DNA of 64,000 nt from Podarcis liolepis (taxonomy: Eukaryota): the NCBI GenBank assembly GCA_965112155.1, contig OZ218103.1. One strand, given 5' to 3'. Below the pieces are notes generated by a model, which was given only the letters and a program-made list of their open reading frames with translations, did not search any database and was not told the DNA's origin. Shown piece by piece: positions 41,501-53,553 of the stretch. The position numbers were made by a program, and so were the translations under genes. Position 1 is the stretch's first letter. Every line of letters starts with the position of its first letter.

Positions 41501-43540
41501 TGACATAAAATGAGTGCCTTTTTGAGAACAGGTGACCCATCAAATCCTTAGAAAGTGTTGAATGGAGTATTACAACTGAGAATACGCATGAGTTCATTTC
41601 TGCAGCCTACAAATACAAAACCCATTGAGAGCTCTTGAAGTTGGAAGGCATTGTGGATGGTTATGAAAATCATGTACTTGAAGTATGTGCTATACACAAA
41701 GGTATTTGACATTTCTTCCTCTTTCTTCTTAACGTTTGCGTTTCCTCTGATAGCCAAATATCTAAGTATTTACTTACGCCAGTTACCCACTTGTAAACAC
41801 TGTGGAGAAAAGCATCTATGCGCTGAAGGTTTCAAAGAGAATATTTCTGTACCATGAGCATGGTGATCTGAGTATTTGTGATTCAGTTTCTTTAAAAATG
41901 TGTGTTTTTGAGTGCTCAGAACTACATTCTACAGTGCAGTCTTCAGACCTTACTTCAGTCTTTTGATTTGCTTGGAGGGTTTCTGCTTAGGTAAAGGCAA
42001 ACATTTAGCATCTAACTTGCAGCCTGGAACAAGAAACATTTTAGAGCAGTATATTCAAAACCATCTGCAAGTACCATGCAATCTTACCAGCTACTGACTA
42101 AAATGCCCTGTTTAGTTAGATGCCTTTATTATTTATCACATCAGAATTCTTCTTCCTTTTCTTCTGTTTGTGCTTCTCATGAACAAATGTAAGCAGATGA
42201 GTCTTGAGTTGCTAATTGAGAGTGCCTACTTTGGGGCCTAACCAAAGTTATATGTGGGCAGAAACACTTCCCATTTGTCAGTCTGGTAAACCTACCTTTC
42301 ACTTGTGCAATGTAGTCAGGGATTGTATAACTACATTCCTGGTTGGGTGGGGCACACAAAGAGGCACATGGTGAATTGGAGCATTGTTTGGTCTACATCT
42401 GCCCTTTTCCGTTTCCTCTCTCAATTGTTGCCAATTGTACCAAAGGCCAACTGCATTCACCTAGATACTTTGAGGCAAGCCTCCATTCTCATTCATTGTT
42501 CTGTGTAATTTTCACAAACTTGTTCCTGAAGTATAAAGCACAAAAATATCCCCTTACAGAAGCCCTTATTTCCAAATGATTTGTCTTTCCTGCTGATCTA
42601 CCAGCCATTCTCATACAACTGATGTGCAGCTAATTAGGGATCAATGAGCAGTTTTACAGGACTAAAGTTTTGTTTGCAGGACGTGGAGTACTATATTGTG
42701 ATGTAACCTGCAGAATCTGTGAGATGCACTGCTATGAATCAACACACCTCCTGAGTTACGGCTTTTTAAACGAAACTGGGTTGAAGAAACTTCATTTCTT
42801 TGCTGCCCTGGGGGCATCATGCATCAACAGACGAACAGAGTCCTGGTATCATTCATTTCAGGAGGGACAAATTTGGAGTGGAGAAGTAGCAAGAGTACTT
42901 AACACTTTCCCCACCTACCACTTCTCTGCTGCATATCACCCCCACCTGCAGCGTTCCAAATTCATGTTTGTCCTGCAATGACTAGGAGATGCATGGGAAG
43001 TAATTTTGACCACAGAAATAATTACCTGGGGAAGGGTAATGCATCCACCTTTCAGTTCTTTATATGAAATTGAGGCAGCACAGTGACTAAAGACTCAACT
43101 ACAGAGGAACAAAATGTGCACAAATAACTCATCTTTGCACTATTTCTTCTATTTTTTGCCTGTCTCTGATCCCTCACCCCACCCATTTTTTGGTTAATTG
43201 GTCAGTTACATTATATTTTTGCACATTTTTCAGTAGTACAACTGAGAGTTCAATCAGGGCGTGGGGAACCTTTACTAGGAAGGTAGCTAATAACCCAATC
43301 GTATCCATGCAACTTAAATGATAGCTCATTTATCCCTTGGGCAGATGCAAGGAAAAAGAAATGCAATTCAAATAAAATGTGTGAGAAGGAATGTATGACA
43401 CCAGACTGTTGCACTGTGAGCAACATGATCACAAAATATATCCAGGAGATCTACCACCACCCCTACCCCATGAGCACACCTTTATGTGAGCTCTCTTTGG
43501 ACCTTTTTCTTTGCCCCTTTGTGTGAGAAACTGGAAAAAG

Positions 43541-43823
43541 TAGGGTTGCCATACGTCCAGAATTTCCCAGACATAAACAGAATACTGCAGTTGGAATCAG
43601 TGTCTGGGCGGAAATCGGCAAAATGTCCAGGAAAATTTGGATGTATGGCAACCCATGTTGGCAGTGTAGTTTTTGCCGATTTTCCTTTAAAAATAGCTCA
43701 GAACCATTTTTGGGTTTTTTGCAATTTGCAAAAAAATAAAATAAAAATCTCAACAACTTTGGCCCAAAAAAACTCAACAACCTTTGTGTCTGGGTTTTCA
43801 CTTTTTGGAATATGGCAACCCTA
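43541..43823. mobile_element. hAT-type MITE
   Basis: Perfect 13-bp TIR TAGGGTTGCCATA/TATGGCAACCCTA; 8-bp TSD ggaaaaag / ggaaaagg (7 of 8 match). Confidence 0.88.
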
Positions 43824-45661
43824 GGAAAAGGCAGGTACTATATGTCCAGTGGAGATGTGTGAAGTCCACTCTGCTAAATCCGCAGGCGGAACTAATCCTG
43901 CAGCTATCCCAGTCTAATTGTTGGTGGCTGAACAGAGAGACAGAGGAGCTGTTAGGTCTTCAGGGTCACTGGTGGCTTGGAGATCTGCTGGAGAATCATG
44001 CTTTCCTTTCTCTGTGGAGATGCTGGGTTCAAGGTCTGGGCTGGACTGAATCCTGGCACTTGGATACATTTAAGGATATTAAAAATACAGCCCGTTAACT
44101 GGTTTTAGTCCTTTGCACAACATGCAACATTTATTACATGCCTCCAGCTTGGAAGCTTTTCAGAATGCATTCTTCATTAATGTCTTTGCACTCTACTAAA
44201 ATATGATGGGTAGAAAAGTGCCATACTTCAGGAAAGAGCTTGAATACAAGCTATATTCTAGGTGGACCTATCAGGGGTTGGCTGTTCCTTGATGGCTTGT
44301 GGATGTCAGGCATTTTGAGCCAGTGTGTTTAATGCTTTTTTTTTTTAAGTCAAATAACCTTTAATGATAGTATATAATAAAGCCCATTTGAAAGCATATC
44401 TGAGGTTTGTAGTTGGGTGAGAAGAGTGGTGATTATGTCAGGGAGAGCAGGCGCAAACCAAACTAGACTTCACCAACTGCCCACAAATCAGAGATTCCTG
44501 GTGGCCGTGACCAAGCTATAGAGCAAACTCTGTATTTTAAGGGCTGATGCTTCAATGAGAGCAGGGGTGTCCAGGGAATTTCCATTGGGTTTGCTTTGCC
44601 CAGTTTCTGCTTTCATAATACAACACTCCTTATTTGATGACAAATGCACTTCATTGTGAGACTTTATTGCTCGCTGAAGGAAATAATTACTTCCTGCAAC
44701 TAATTATATAAAAATGAAGTCACAAGAACAGGCCAATTGCCTGGGAAGTGACTCAGTGCAATGATTGTAAGAAAAGCGCTGGAAAAGATCTCAGTAGCAG
44801 TACTTCACTAGACCTCCACTTTGGTGTTCCATAATGAAGAATGAATAAGCATCTTTTTTTCTGAGCCTACCCAACACATGACTGCAAAGGAGTGGAGAAA
44901 TTGGCAGTGTTGATACCATCCTCCACACATTCTTGAGATAGCTTGGTGTTTTTAACACCCTCTCTGGTGTCATTACTCGGTTCAAGCATTCAGATAACAG
45001 AAGGCCAAGGATACCCTGACATCCCCCAAGTTGCTCTCCTCGGTTCAACCAGTATTGGCAAATGTAAGTAATGACAGGCACAGGAAAACTCGCTGCTCTT
45101 CAGGATGCAAACTCCCACTTTGATGGTGGAAACAACCTCAGTGCCCTGCAAAGAGAGGGGGATGGATATTGTCTGACTGAGAAAGAAGAATGAATTTAGT
45201 CACAAATCTCAAGAAGGAATGTGATATAACAGCACAATCCTCTACATGTCTTCTCAGAAGTAAGCCCCATTGAGTTCAATGTGTTCACTTATGCAATTGA
45301 AAATCTGCCACTCCCCCTGTTATTCGGGTGGAGACAATAATAGATTCTGGAAGAGGTAAAGGCAAATTCAGCTCATAATGTGCCCTGCTTTCACCTGTGC
45401 TCTCATAGATGAAACAATTATATCCTCCCAAATCTACCTTACAAACCACATTCCATATATAGAATGTCCTTAGCTGTGCTCTTCCTGTTCACTGAGCATT
45501 TCATGTGACATCCCACATGATGTGGATTCAATTGATTCAAGTGTAAAGTTAAAGAAATTGGAAGGAGGGTGTAATTTAGCCCTCCATTCAGCGCTCAAGT
45601 AGAACAAAATATGAGCCCTCCCTAATTACTGATCACCGGAGTAAAGGCAAGTAAGAAGTGA

Positions 45662-46162
45662 TATGATATATGTGTATAAAATTATGCATGGCATGGAGAA
45701 AGTGGAGATAAAAAGAGTTTTTATTCATTTCTCATAATAATAAAGCTCATGGACTCCAGTGAAGCTGAATGTTGGAAGATTCAGGACAGACGAAAGGAAA
45801 TACTTCTTCACACAGTGCATCGTTAAAACTATGGAATTTGTTGCACAAGAGACAGTGATGGCCACTAACTTGGGTGGCTTGAACAGAGGATTAGACAACT
45901 TCAAGGAAGATAAGGTTATCTGTAGCTACTAGCTACAATAACTGGCAGAAGTTTGTTCCAGATGCTTCTAGAAGTGAAGCCCTTGATGGTCCCGAAGCAG
46001 TGTCATGCTTCTCAATACCAGTTTCTGGCAACCATAGGAAGAGAGAGTCCTGTTGCATTCAGATCTCACTTGTGGGCTTCCTATGGGCATGTGGCTGGCC
46101 ACTGTAAAAGCAGGAAGCTAGTTGGACCACTGTCCTGATCCAGCAGGGCTATTCCTATGTTA
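45662..46162 (+). mobile_element. CR1 LINE 3' end
   Basis: Remnant VYKIMHG.EKV..., FRTDERKYFFTQ..V..WN.L motifs, 3'UTR and ccagcagggctattcctatgtt terminus. Confidence 0.85.
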
Positions 46163-48049
46163 CTACTGCTAAGATACTGTAAAATCTGCTGCTTGTCTGA
46201 TTGAATTTCTGCCTCTTTTGATACAGGGTACTCACTGTATTGAATCACCTCCCATCAACTCATCTCTACCCCCTATCCTAAAAAGATTGCTCTTATCCCA
46301 GATCTGAGGAATATACTTTTTGATAAGGTCTATACAAACATTCAGAATATATCCCTTAGCTCTCTTCCCATGACTGAGCTGAATGAGCTTTAAGAAATGT
46401 GTGTTTTTAGTAGTGCCTGGCATTTGTTAACTGCCCTGTCTGTCTGCTCCTCTGAGTCTAAAGAAGGGCAGGTATCCCCAATAGGAATTAACAGCTTTAG
46501 ACATTTCCCCAAGCATCTGTCTCTAATCAGACTATTAGACATAATAGTGGCTGCCCCAGTAGAACACAGCAGCTGAGAGGATACCTTAATACCAGCTGCT
46601 AAAGCCTACAGGGGTTAGTGGCTATGGAGCCAGCTGCCTGTGGTTTGTATAGTGGTGGATATGAGCTTTATAGCTGAGAAACAAGGAGCTGTAGAACAAA
46701 ACCACAAAGCCTCTGTTTTGGAACCCAAACACAAGGAACAGGATGCTTTTATTTTGAATGCATTCAGCGTGGTAGCACATTTCAGTAGTGTTGATAATCC
46801 TAGAATAATACAAATGAAATAGACCAGAATATTACCCATATCCTATTACCCAAAGTAGAATATATTTCCAAACTCCAGTGTGCCCAAAATAGGTTTAAGC
46901 AAAGTGTACCATGGTAAAAAGACTGCACAGCTAATACCTCTGCAAGTGAGCCCTGCCACCCTTAAAGGGAAAGCAATCCAATCCAACAATCTGGTTCCCC
47001 CTCCCCCTAGAAGTCAAGTCCTTGATGGTCTAGAAGCAATAGGTCATATTAATTATAGCATTAAGGAAAAAAATGAAATACATACACACATTTTTGATGC
47101 ATTAAGTTTGCCTGCTCATCACTAGCTCCTGGAGTTTACACACAGATGTTGCTGGCAACAAGACAAGGTAGTTCAAATAAACCTAGAAAATTTCATGTTT
47201 AGAAAACTCCTTGTAACATTTTCTTTGCTGCCATCTGCAAAATGAAAATATTGCTGACTTTGGGGTTTTGTTTTCATTTGTAGATGTTTCAGGATCACAG
47301 AATTGGCTTCTGGGCATAAAGACAAGCTATAGGAAGCTTTCCTAGTTGATAATGTTTTGTTGACGATTGTTTAAACCCCAGAGCTTGCATAAAACACAGA
47401 AATATATTTAATCCAATTTGTAAATACTTTTTTTAAACAAGTATTCCATCTGCTTCAGTTCGCAGTTGCATTCAAAGCAGTGCCCCACATGTTTCTGAGT
47501 CATGGGCCACCCCTTCTAATCGCATTGTGAAATTGGCCAAGATCCTTCCATTATCCTGGAGTTGCAAACATGGTGCTCATGACTGATTACTTCCACTGGT
47601 ACCTTTGAAACCTCTGTGTTCCCCCCTTTACTCCCCTCCTTCATCATGAGGTATCAAGTATATAGAGCTGAAGAAGAACTTAGAGTTACATTCTATCTCA
47701 CTGCCTCTTTCATCTGTATTTACTCTTCAAATCTCAGAGCAGCATCCAAGCTGTCAATCTGAGTTTTGCAAAGCACATAATGCTGGAAGAGGAAGTGGGA
47801 AGAGTGTTGCTCCTTTCAGCTTCCTCTTTCAGTTGTATGAGTTTTTCAAGGCTCAGATTGGCAGCCAAACAGTTGGTCAGAAAGTGAGGTGACCCAAAGG
47901 GTAAGAGGAAAAGCAGGATATAAGAAAAGAGGAGTGGTCTTTATATACCCCACTTTCCCTCTTACCCTTCCTCATTGAATCCTGCACCAGTTAAAGTTTC
48001 TGAACCATCTTCAGAAGCAGCTCCATGTGTAACATGTTGCAGTAATATA

Positions 48050-48292
48050 CCGTATTTTTGGCTCTATAAGACTCACTTTTTCCCTCCTAAAAAGTAAGGG
48101 GAAATGTGTGTGCGTCTTATGGAGCAAATGCACGCTGCGCAGCTATCCCAGAAGCCAGAACAGCAATCCCTGCACAGCGATCCCTCTTGCTGTTCTGGGT
48201 TCTGGGATTCAGAATATATTTTTTCTTGTTTTCCTCCTCCAAAAACTAGGTGTGTCTTACGGTCTGGTGCGTCTTATAGAGCGAAAAAACGG
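48050..48292 (+). mobile_element. Tc1/mariner MITE, family C (second copy)
   Basis: TA|ccgtatttttggctctataagac ... gtcttatagagcgaaaaaacgg|TA; highly similar to 18783-19031. Confidence 0.92.
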
Positions 48293-48334
48293 TAATCTAG
48301 AGGTTACCAGAACATAGACAACAGAAGTTAGGCG

Positions 48335-48600
48335 TGCTGTCCCTGTCCAGATGGGGGCACAGCTGGGCCATCAGCCAAAGCTGATGGAATGCACTCCGCA
48401 CACCCAAGGCCAGCTGAGCAAAAGATTCAGGAGTACCCTCAAGCTACGTACCTGCTCCTTCAAAGGCAGTCTAATCCCATCAAGAGCAGGTAATTTCCCA
48501 ACCATCCGTTCTATGGAACCACCCACTAAAAGTGCCTCAGTTTTACCTGGATTGAGCATCAGTTTATTGGCTCTTATTCAGTCCATTACTGAGGCAAGGA
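48335..48600 (-). mobile_element. L2 LINE reverse-transcriptase fragment
   Basis: Minus-strand peptide LNPGKTEALLVG...LPLKEQVRSLRVLL matches the LNPxKTE..V(R/K)xLGVxxD RT motif. Confidence 0.8.
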
Positions 48601-49107
48601 CTAGAGGGGTTTTATTGGAAATCCTATACACCTCTGCATTTCCCACCTTTCTTTCTCTAAACTGCCACTTCAGAGGGTGTTCACACGCATGAAGCATTTT
48701 CTGCATAGATGTCTTAACATGCAGTAAATTGCATGCGTCCCCTACAGTGGACACACATTTCTGTTCTCCACGCCTATATGTGGTGTGCCACAGTAGTGAT
48801 TTTATTATAGGAAAACTGGTTTGAATGTTTTGTTACCTCATCACCACTTCCAGGTAACTCCAAATAGCTCTACAGGATGTGATGTTGAAATCCATCATGT
48901 GAATTACAGCACTGTTTCTTGATACTAAAACTTTTAATTGTTTCTCTTTCAACATTCCTTTAACTGACACCTCTGTGTCTATCCTAACTGCTTCCCAGAA
49001 ACTGTTAGCACTTTTTCTCTTGCTATAAACACTGCCTATCAACTGATGCTGTAATATCAGTAGTAACTCATGGCAAGTCTTTTTATTTCACATATTTCCA
49101 GGACTCA

Positions 49108-49270
49108 GGGCAGAGGCTGTAGCTAATTGGCAGAGACTGTGCATTGCATGCAGAAGGTTCCAGGTCCAATTCTTGGTATCCCTGCGTAGGAAGAACTCTA
49201 GTCTGAAACCCCCAAGAGCCACACAAGCTAGATTGACCAGTGCTCTGGTTCAGAATTAGGCAACTTCCTG
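49108..49270 (+). mobile_element. tRNA-derived SINE (Squam3-like)
   Basis: tRNA-like head ggctgtagctaattggcagag..ttgcatgcagaaggttccaggtccaattc with degenerate A/B boxes; CR1-like tail aggcaacttcct. Confidence 0.7.
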
Positions 49271-49601
49271 TACTTATCTGCATCCCACTTGGTAAGGAAG
49301 AAGTGATACTTCTGCTAGTCCTTATTTTGATGATGACTGTTTTGTCAGCTTTTGTCTTTGTATAGACTTTTTAACCCTGGGGTGCAGAAATTGCTGCTAT
49401 TTAAAATTATATGAAAATTGCTTAGTTAGTTAGTATAGGAGAAAGCACAAACTAAACAGTGGAAACTGGCAATGTGTGGAAAAGGCTGTGCTCTGCCTTG
49501 AAGCTGGTGTCCTCCAGATGTTTTGGACTACAGCTCCCTTCAGCTGCAGCCAACATAGCTTCACTGACTGGGGGTGATGGAAGTTGCAGTGAAAAACATA
49601 T

Positions 49602-49895
49602 GGAGGGCGCCAGATTCGGAAGGCTGTTCTATCTACAAGGCTGGGAGCAAGCAAAAAATAATAATGGTATTTTGGTGGGGAACTCTGTTCTTAAGGGTTG
49701 AGAATTATGGCAGCAGGTGGGAATCTCAAGGGAGAGAGAAGAAGCAAAGGAGGGCGCCAGATTCGGAAGGCTGTTCTATCTACAAGGCTGGGAGCAAGCA
49801 AAAAATAATAATGGTATTTTGGTGGGGAACTCTGTTCTTAAGGGTTGAGAATTGTGGCAGCAGGTGGGAATCTCAAGGGAGAGAGAAGAAGCAAA
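49602..49895. repeat. Tandem duplication, 2 x 147 bp
   Basis: 49602-49748 and 49749-49895 are identical apart from one A/G difference that I could see. Confidence 0.95.
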
Positions 49896-51767
49896 GGCCA
49901 TGGGAAAACCAGAAGGGAAGGACTGTTGGAGCTGGGGCTGAAATGTGCCCATCCACTAAGCTGCAGACCATTTTTATGCCCACATTTCCATATACATCTC
50001 ATCTGTTTGGGCATTTTGTTAGTTAATTATTAAAGACCAATAGATTTTATAATTGCTTTAAAAAACAACTGGTGACTAACATGTGACCCTCCTTAATTTA
50101 TTGGAGTACAGTTGCTCTAATCCCTGGCCATTGGGCATGCTTACTGGTGCTGATGAGTGTTAAGAGTCGAATAACATCTGGAGGAGCACATGTTAGCTGC
50201 CAGTATTTTAAAAGCAGATAATTCACAATGAGTGGATTGTGGGAATTCATTAAAAAACATAGTTTTGTGTGTCGGACTGCTGACTAGATATCAGCACATC
50301 AGGAGCTTCAGGGAACTCTCAAGAGCAAGGTGTGATCTCTGTATCATGTTGAAAATTTAACACATGTTTCTAGTTCCACTGAAGATTGTGCTTATGGAGT
50401 AAGGAGCGATAGTGCTGTCATGCTCCATACTGCACAGTAATCTTCAGAAGGTAGTCTTCTTCAAAAATATTGTGTTGCATATCCTAATGATTTTCTGAAG
50501 TTCATAATAGAAATTGAGCACTTGTGAAAACAATACCCAAAGCATTGGATTAGGTACTGCAGGGAATCAGTGCCATTGCAGGCGCTCTGTAATTGGAGCT
50601 GCTTGATTTGTCTCCACTAATCTTTCATCGGCTGTGGATTTTACATCAAATAGCTGGTTTTCTCAGGGGCACAATAAGAAGTACAGACCAAACTACAGTA
50701 AATAAAGATACCTAATCCATTCTAGACATGAGCCGAGAGCCTAGTTTCCTCATCTGTCAGAGTTCTCCCTTCCTTCGATTTATGAGGTGTTTCATTCTGC
50801 AGACATTCAGCTTTTCCTTTAGCCCATGGGTGCAAAGGGCAGGGAGTATATATGGTTCGCTGGGAGAACAAGAGAAATATATTACCAGTGTTGATGGTCA
50901 GTCTAGGGAACATCCAGACTGAAGCTACTTTCATTTTGTAAATTGAGTTGAGATTGAACTTACTCACAGTTTTGAGAAAGCAAAAGTCTGATGGTGGAAT
51001 TTTAAGTGATTCTGGGCATATTTTTATGAGTTCCCAAATGCACTTCTCACTTATACAGCCCATCTACTTAAGCAATTGTGTTTCTGCTTGATATAAGTAG
51101 GCCATGACCTATTATTGCTGTCCAGAAAATATTTGAAGTACGGTTGTAATTTGTAGGAAGAATGCAGCAAACCTCTGGTCTTGGATGCACATACCCTCCA
51201 ATGTTTCTGCAGTGAAAATAGGGATGTCCCATTCCATAAAGATAATTTTACTATTTATACCCCACACATCTTATCTTCCCTATACCAGCTCTACTTCAGC
51301 AACAGAGGGGTCCTTTACCTTTACCTTTAGGCCTATGTGTGGGCCAATTTAGTAAGTTCCCCCCAAGACTTTGTAATAGTACTAAACCACAACCAACACC
51401 AAACCCCTTCTATTATGCTCACAATTTGTTGTCGTTGTTACTTCCCCTTCCCTGTATGTGTATGTGACAAGACTTATTTGTCTTGGATTGTAAATCAGAT
51501 GTGACCTAACAAGGATGGCTGAAGTTGGAGTATGGGTGGAATGTATCTTAAAAGCCCAGACAAGAATGGCTGGAATGGACCCATCATTCAGGGCTTTTTT
51601 GTGTAACCTGCCCATCCCTTGGCATCATTCCTGGGTAGATCCTAGAATATGTTCCTAGGATATAATTTCTTTCTACAGAGCTGGCAGGTTCAAATGAAAA
51701 ACAGGTTTGTGAGATTATAGCATGTCAGTTATCTAACCATTTGCGATGGGCCTTTGCTTTTCTACAG

Positions 51768-51914
51768 AGTGCCTCTGATGGCTTCTGGAAGTCTGTGGCA
51801 ACCCATGTTCCAAGAGAGCCACACGAAATCCGTATCCTGAATCCATATTTCATCCAAGAGGCAGCTTTCAGCTTTATTGGCCTTCCTTTCAACAATGGTC
51901 TGATGGGCAGAGGG
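51768..51914 (+). CDS. ST3GAL3: ST3GAL3 coding exon (147 bp), SASDGFWKSVATHVPREPHEIRILNPYFIQEAAFSFIGLPFNNGLMGRG
   Basis: Acceptor tttgcttttctacag|A, donor GGG|gtaagt; overlaps ORF 51741..52004. Confidence 0.97.
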
Positions 51915-53007
51915 GTAAGTGTGCAGGAAGCTTACCCCCAATATGACACTTTATTTTGTGCTGCTGATAGAAAGCAAAATGTGAATTTAAACCATGATCC
52001 ATAGTCCTTTTCCAAAGCCACACTCATCTAATAGAGGTAATTCCTCTGGTCAGAGACTCTGTAACTTCTGTGTTTGTGCAGTGTCTAGCATACTGGTGCT
52101 AAATGTTAGATAGAAGCTGTAATAGTAATTATCAGAAAGGTGATTTAAAAATGATAAAAATAGATTTCACAAATGAGGAATGCAAATTGCAGCATTTCAC
52201 AGAAAACAGGTATGACTGGGTCAGATGTGGTCATATGTGTTATATGTTTTAAATTGCATCAATACACATATGGTACATTGTTTTCCCTCCTTCAAGATAT
52301 ATAAAGCAGGCTTCAAGATTCCAGCCAATTAACAGGAATCTTACAGCACTGGCACTGTTTGTGGGCTCATATAATGCTGGAGTGATCATTTTTTTACCTG
52401 ATGGCACACATCTGCACGTAATGCTACTCTTCTTGCTTGGATGCTATAAGTAAGCTGTTAGGCTTAAGCAGGCCTATTTCTTCCTTCAGTTTTCTTTTTT
52501 ATTTCTTCAGCCAACACCTTTGGCAAACCATGGCTAAACTTCCCTCAAATTCTGTAGGTACTGGAAGTTTATAGGTCCTTGCTAGGGCATTTTCACATTA
52601 TTAATATTATTATTTTAAATAATGAAATAATATATTTCTGAATATTTGGGGAATCTCCTCAATATGCAGAATTACCACCTTTGTTTGGATGATGGACTTG
52701 TTTTGCTTCCATACTGATGGGTATGGAATCACCTAAGTTTTGTATTAGAGGGGATGGTGATATTTTCATTTTATTATGTATTTTATGTTCTCATTTTCAT
52801 TTTAATATTGTGAACAGCCCTGTGATCTTCAGATGAAAGGCAGTATACAAATTTCAATAGGAAATAAATATAAAAACAACTCAATTCCATTTTCATCATT
52901 CTTACGTCCTTCACTCAGGAATGGACTCCCTTTCACTTTGAGGGATTACAGCAAAAATGTTCCCTTAATTTCTCCAGTATGTTAGCAGTGTGAGTAAGCA
53001 TAGAGTA

Positions 53008-53338
53008 CAGTGGTGCCCCGCAAGACGAATGCCTCGCAAGACGAAAAACCCGCTAGACGAAAGGGTTTTCCGTTTTTCGATGCGCTTCGCAGGACGAATT
53101 TCCCTATGGGCTTGCTTCGCAAGACGAAAATGTCTTGTGAGTCTTGAGATTTTTTTCACTCCCCCCCCCCTTTTTCTAAGCCGCTAAGCCACTATTAGCC
53201 TTTTAGCCGCTAAGCCGCTAAGCCTTTAATAACCGCTAAGCCTTTAATAGCCGCTAAACCGCTAATAGCGCTAATCCGCTAATAGGGTTGCTTCGCAAGA
53301 CGAAAAACGGATTAATTTCGTCTTGCGAGGCACCACTG
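53008..53338 (+). mobile_element. Tc1/mariner-pogo MITE, family B, with internal minisatellite
   Basis: TA|cagtggtgccccgcaagacgaa ... ttcgtcttgcgaggcaccactg|TA; CpG-rich. Confidence 0.92.
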
Positions 53339-53429
53339 TATAAGGTAATTTGTAGATGGAACAGAGTTGCTGATTAGAGGACACAGAAAAGAATTTTCAT
53401 CTATGTCTGAGATACGCTCCATTACTATA

Positions 53430-53553
53430 CAGTGGTACCTCGGGTTACATACGCTTCAGGTTACATACGCTTCAGGTTACAGACTTCGCTAACCCAGAAA
53501 TAGTACCTCGGGTTAAGAACTTTGCTTCAAGATGAGAACAGAAATCGTGCTCC
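53430..53553 (+). mobile_element. MITE family A, truncated (left half)
   Basis: TA|cagtggtacctcgggttac...; homology stops after gaaatcgtgctcc. Confidence 0.88.

Larger units (their letters stand above)
24857..51914 (+). other. ST3GAL3: ST3GAL3 partial gene span (5 internal coding exons; gene extends beyond both window ends)
   Basis: Spliced translation (R)FSKPAPMFLDDSFRKWARIRDFVPPFGIKGQ-DNLIKAILSATKDYRLTPALDS-LSCRRCVIVGNGGILANKSLGLKIDDYDIVIR-LNSAPVKGFEKDVGGKTTMRITYPEG...KEKV-SASDGFWKSVA...GLMGRG matches vertebrate ST3Gal III as I recall it; intron phases are mutually compatible. Confidence 0.97.

Noticed and set aside
49108-49185. tRNA gene
   Set aside because: Degenerate A/B boxes, no sound cloverleaf, and continues into a SINE body.
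49602-49748. 147-bp unit equals nucleosome core length and the length of the next exon
   Set aside because: No sequence similarity to the exon and only two units; most likely coincidence.
49574-50026. 150-aa ORF with internal 49-aa repeat
   Set aside because: By-product of the 147-bp tandem duplication; it starts within a MITE.
53008-53338. Recurring CGCAAGACGAA motifs as CRISPR-like repeats
   Set aside because: Irregular spacing, both orientations, enclosed by TIRs and a TA TSD: these are transposon subterminal repeats.
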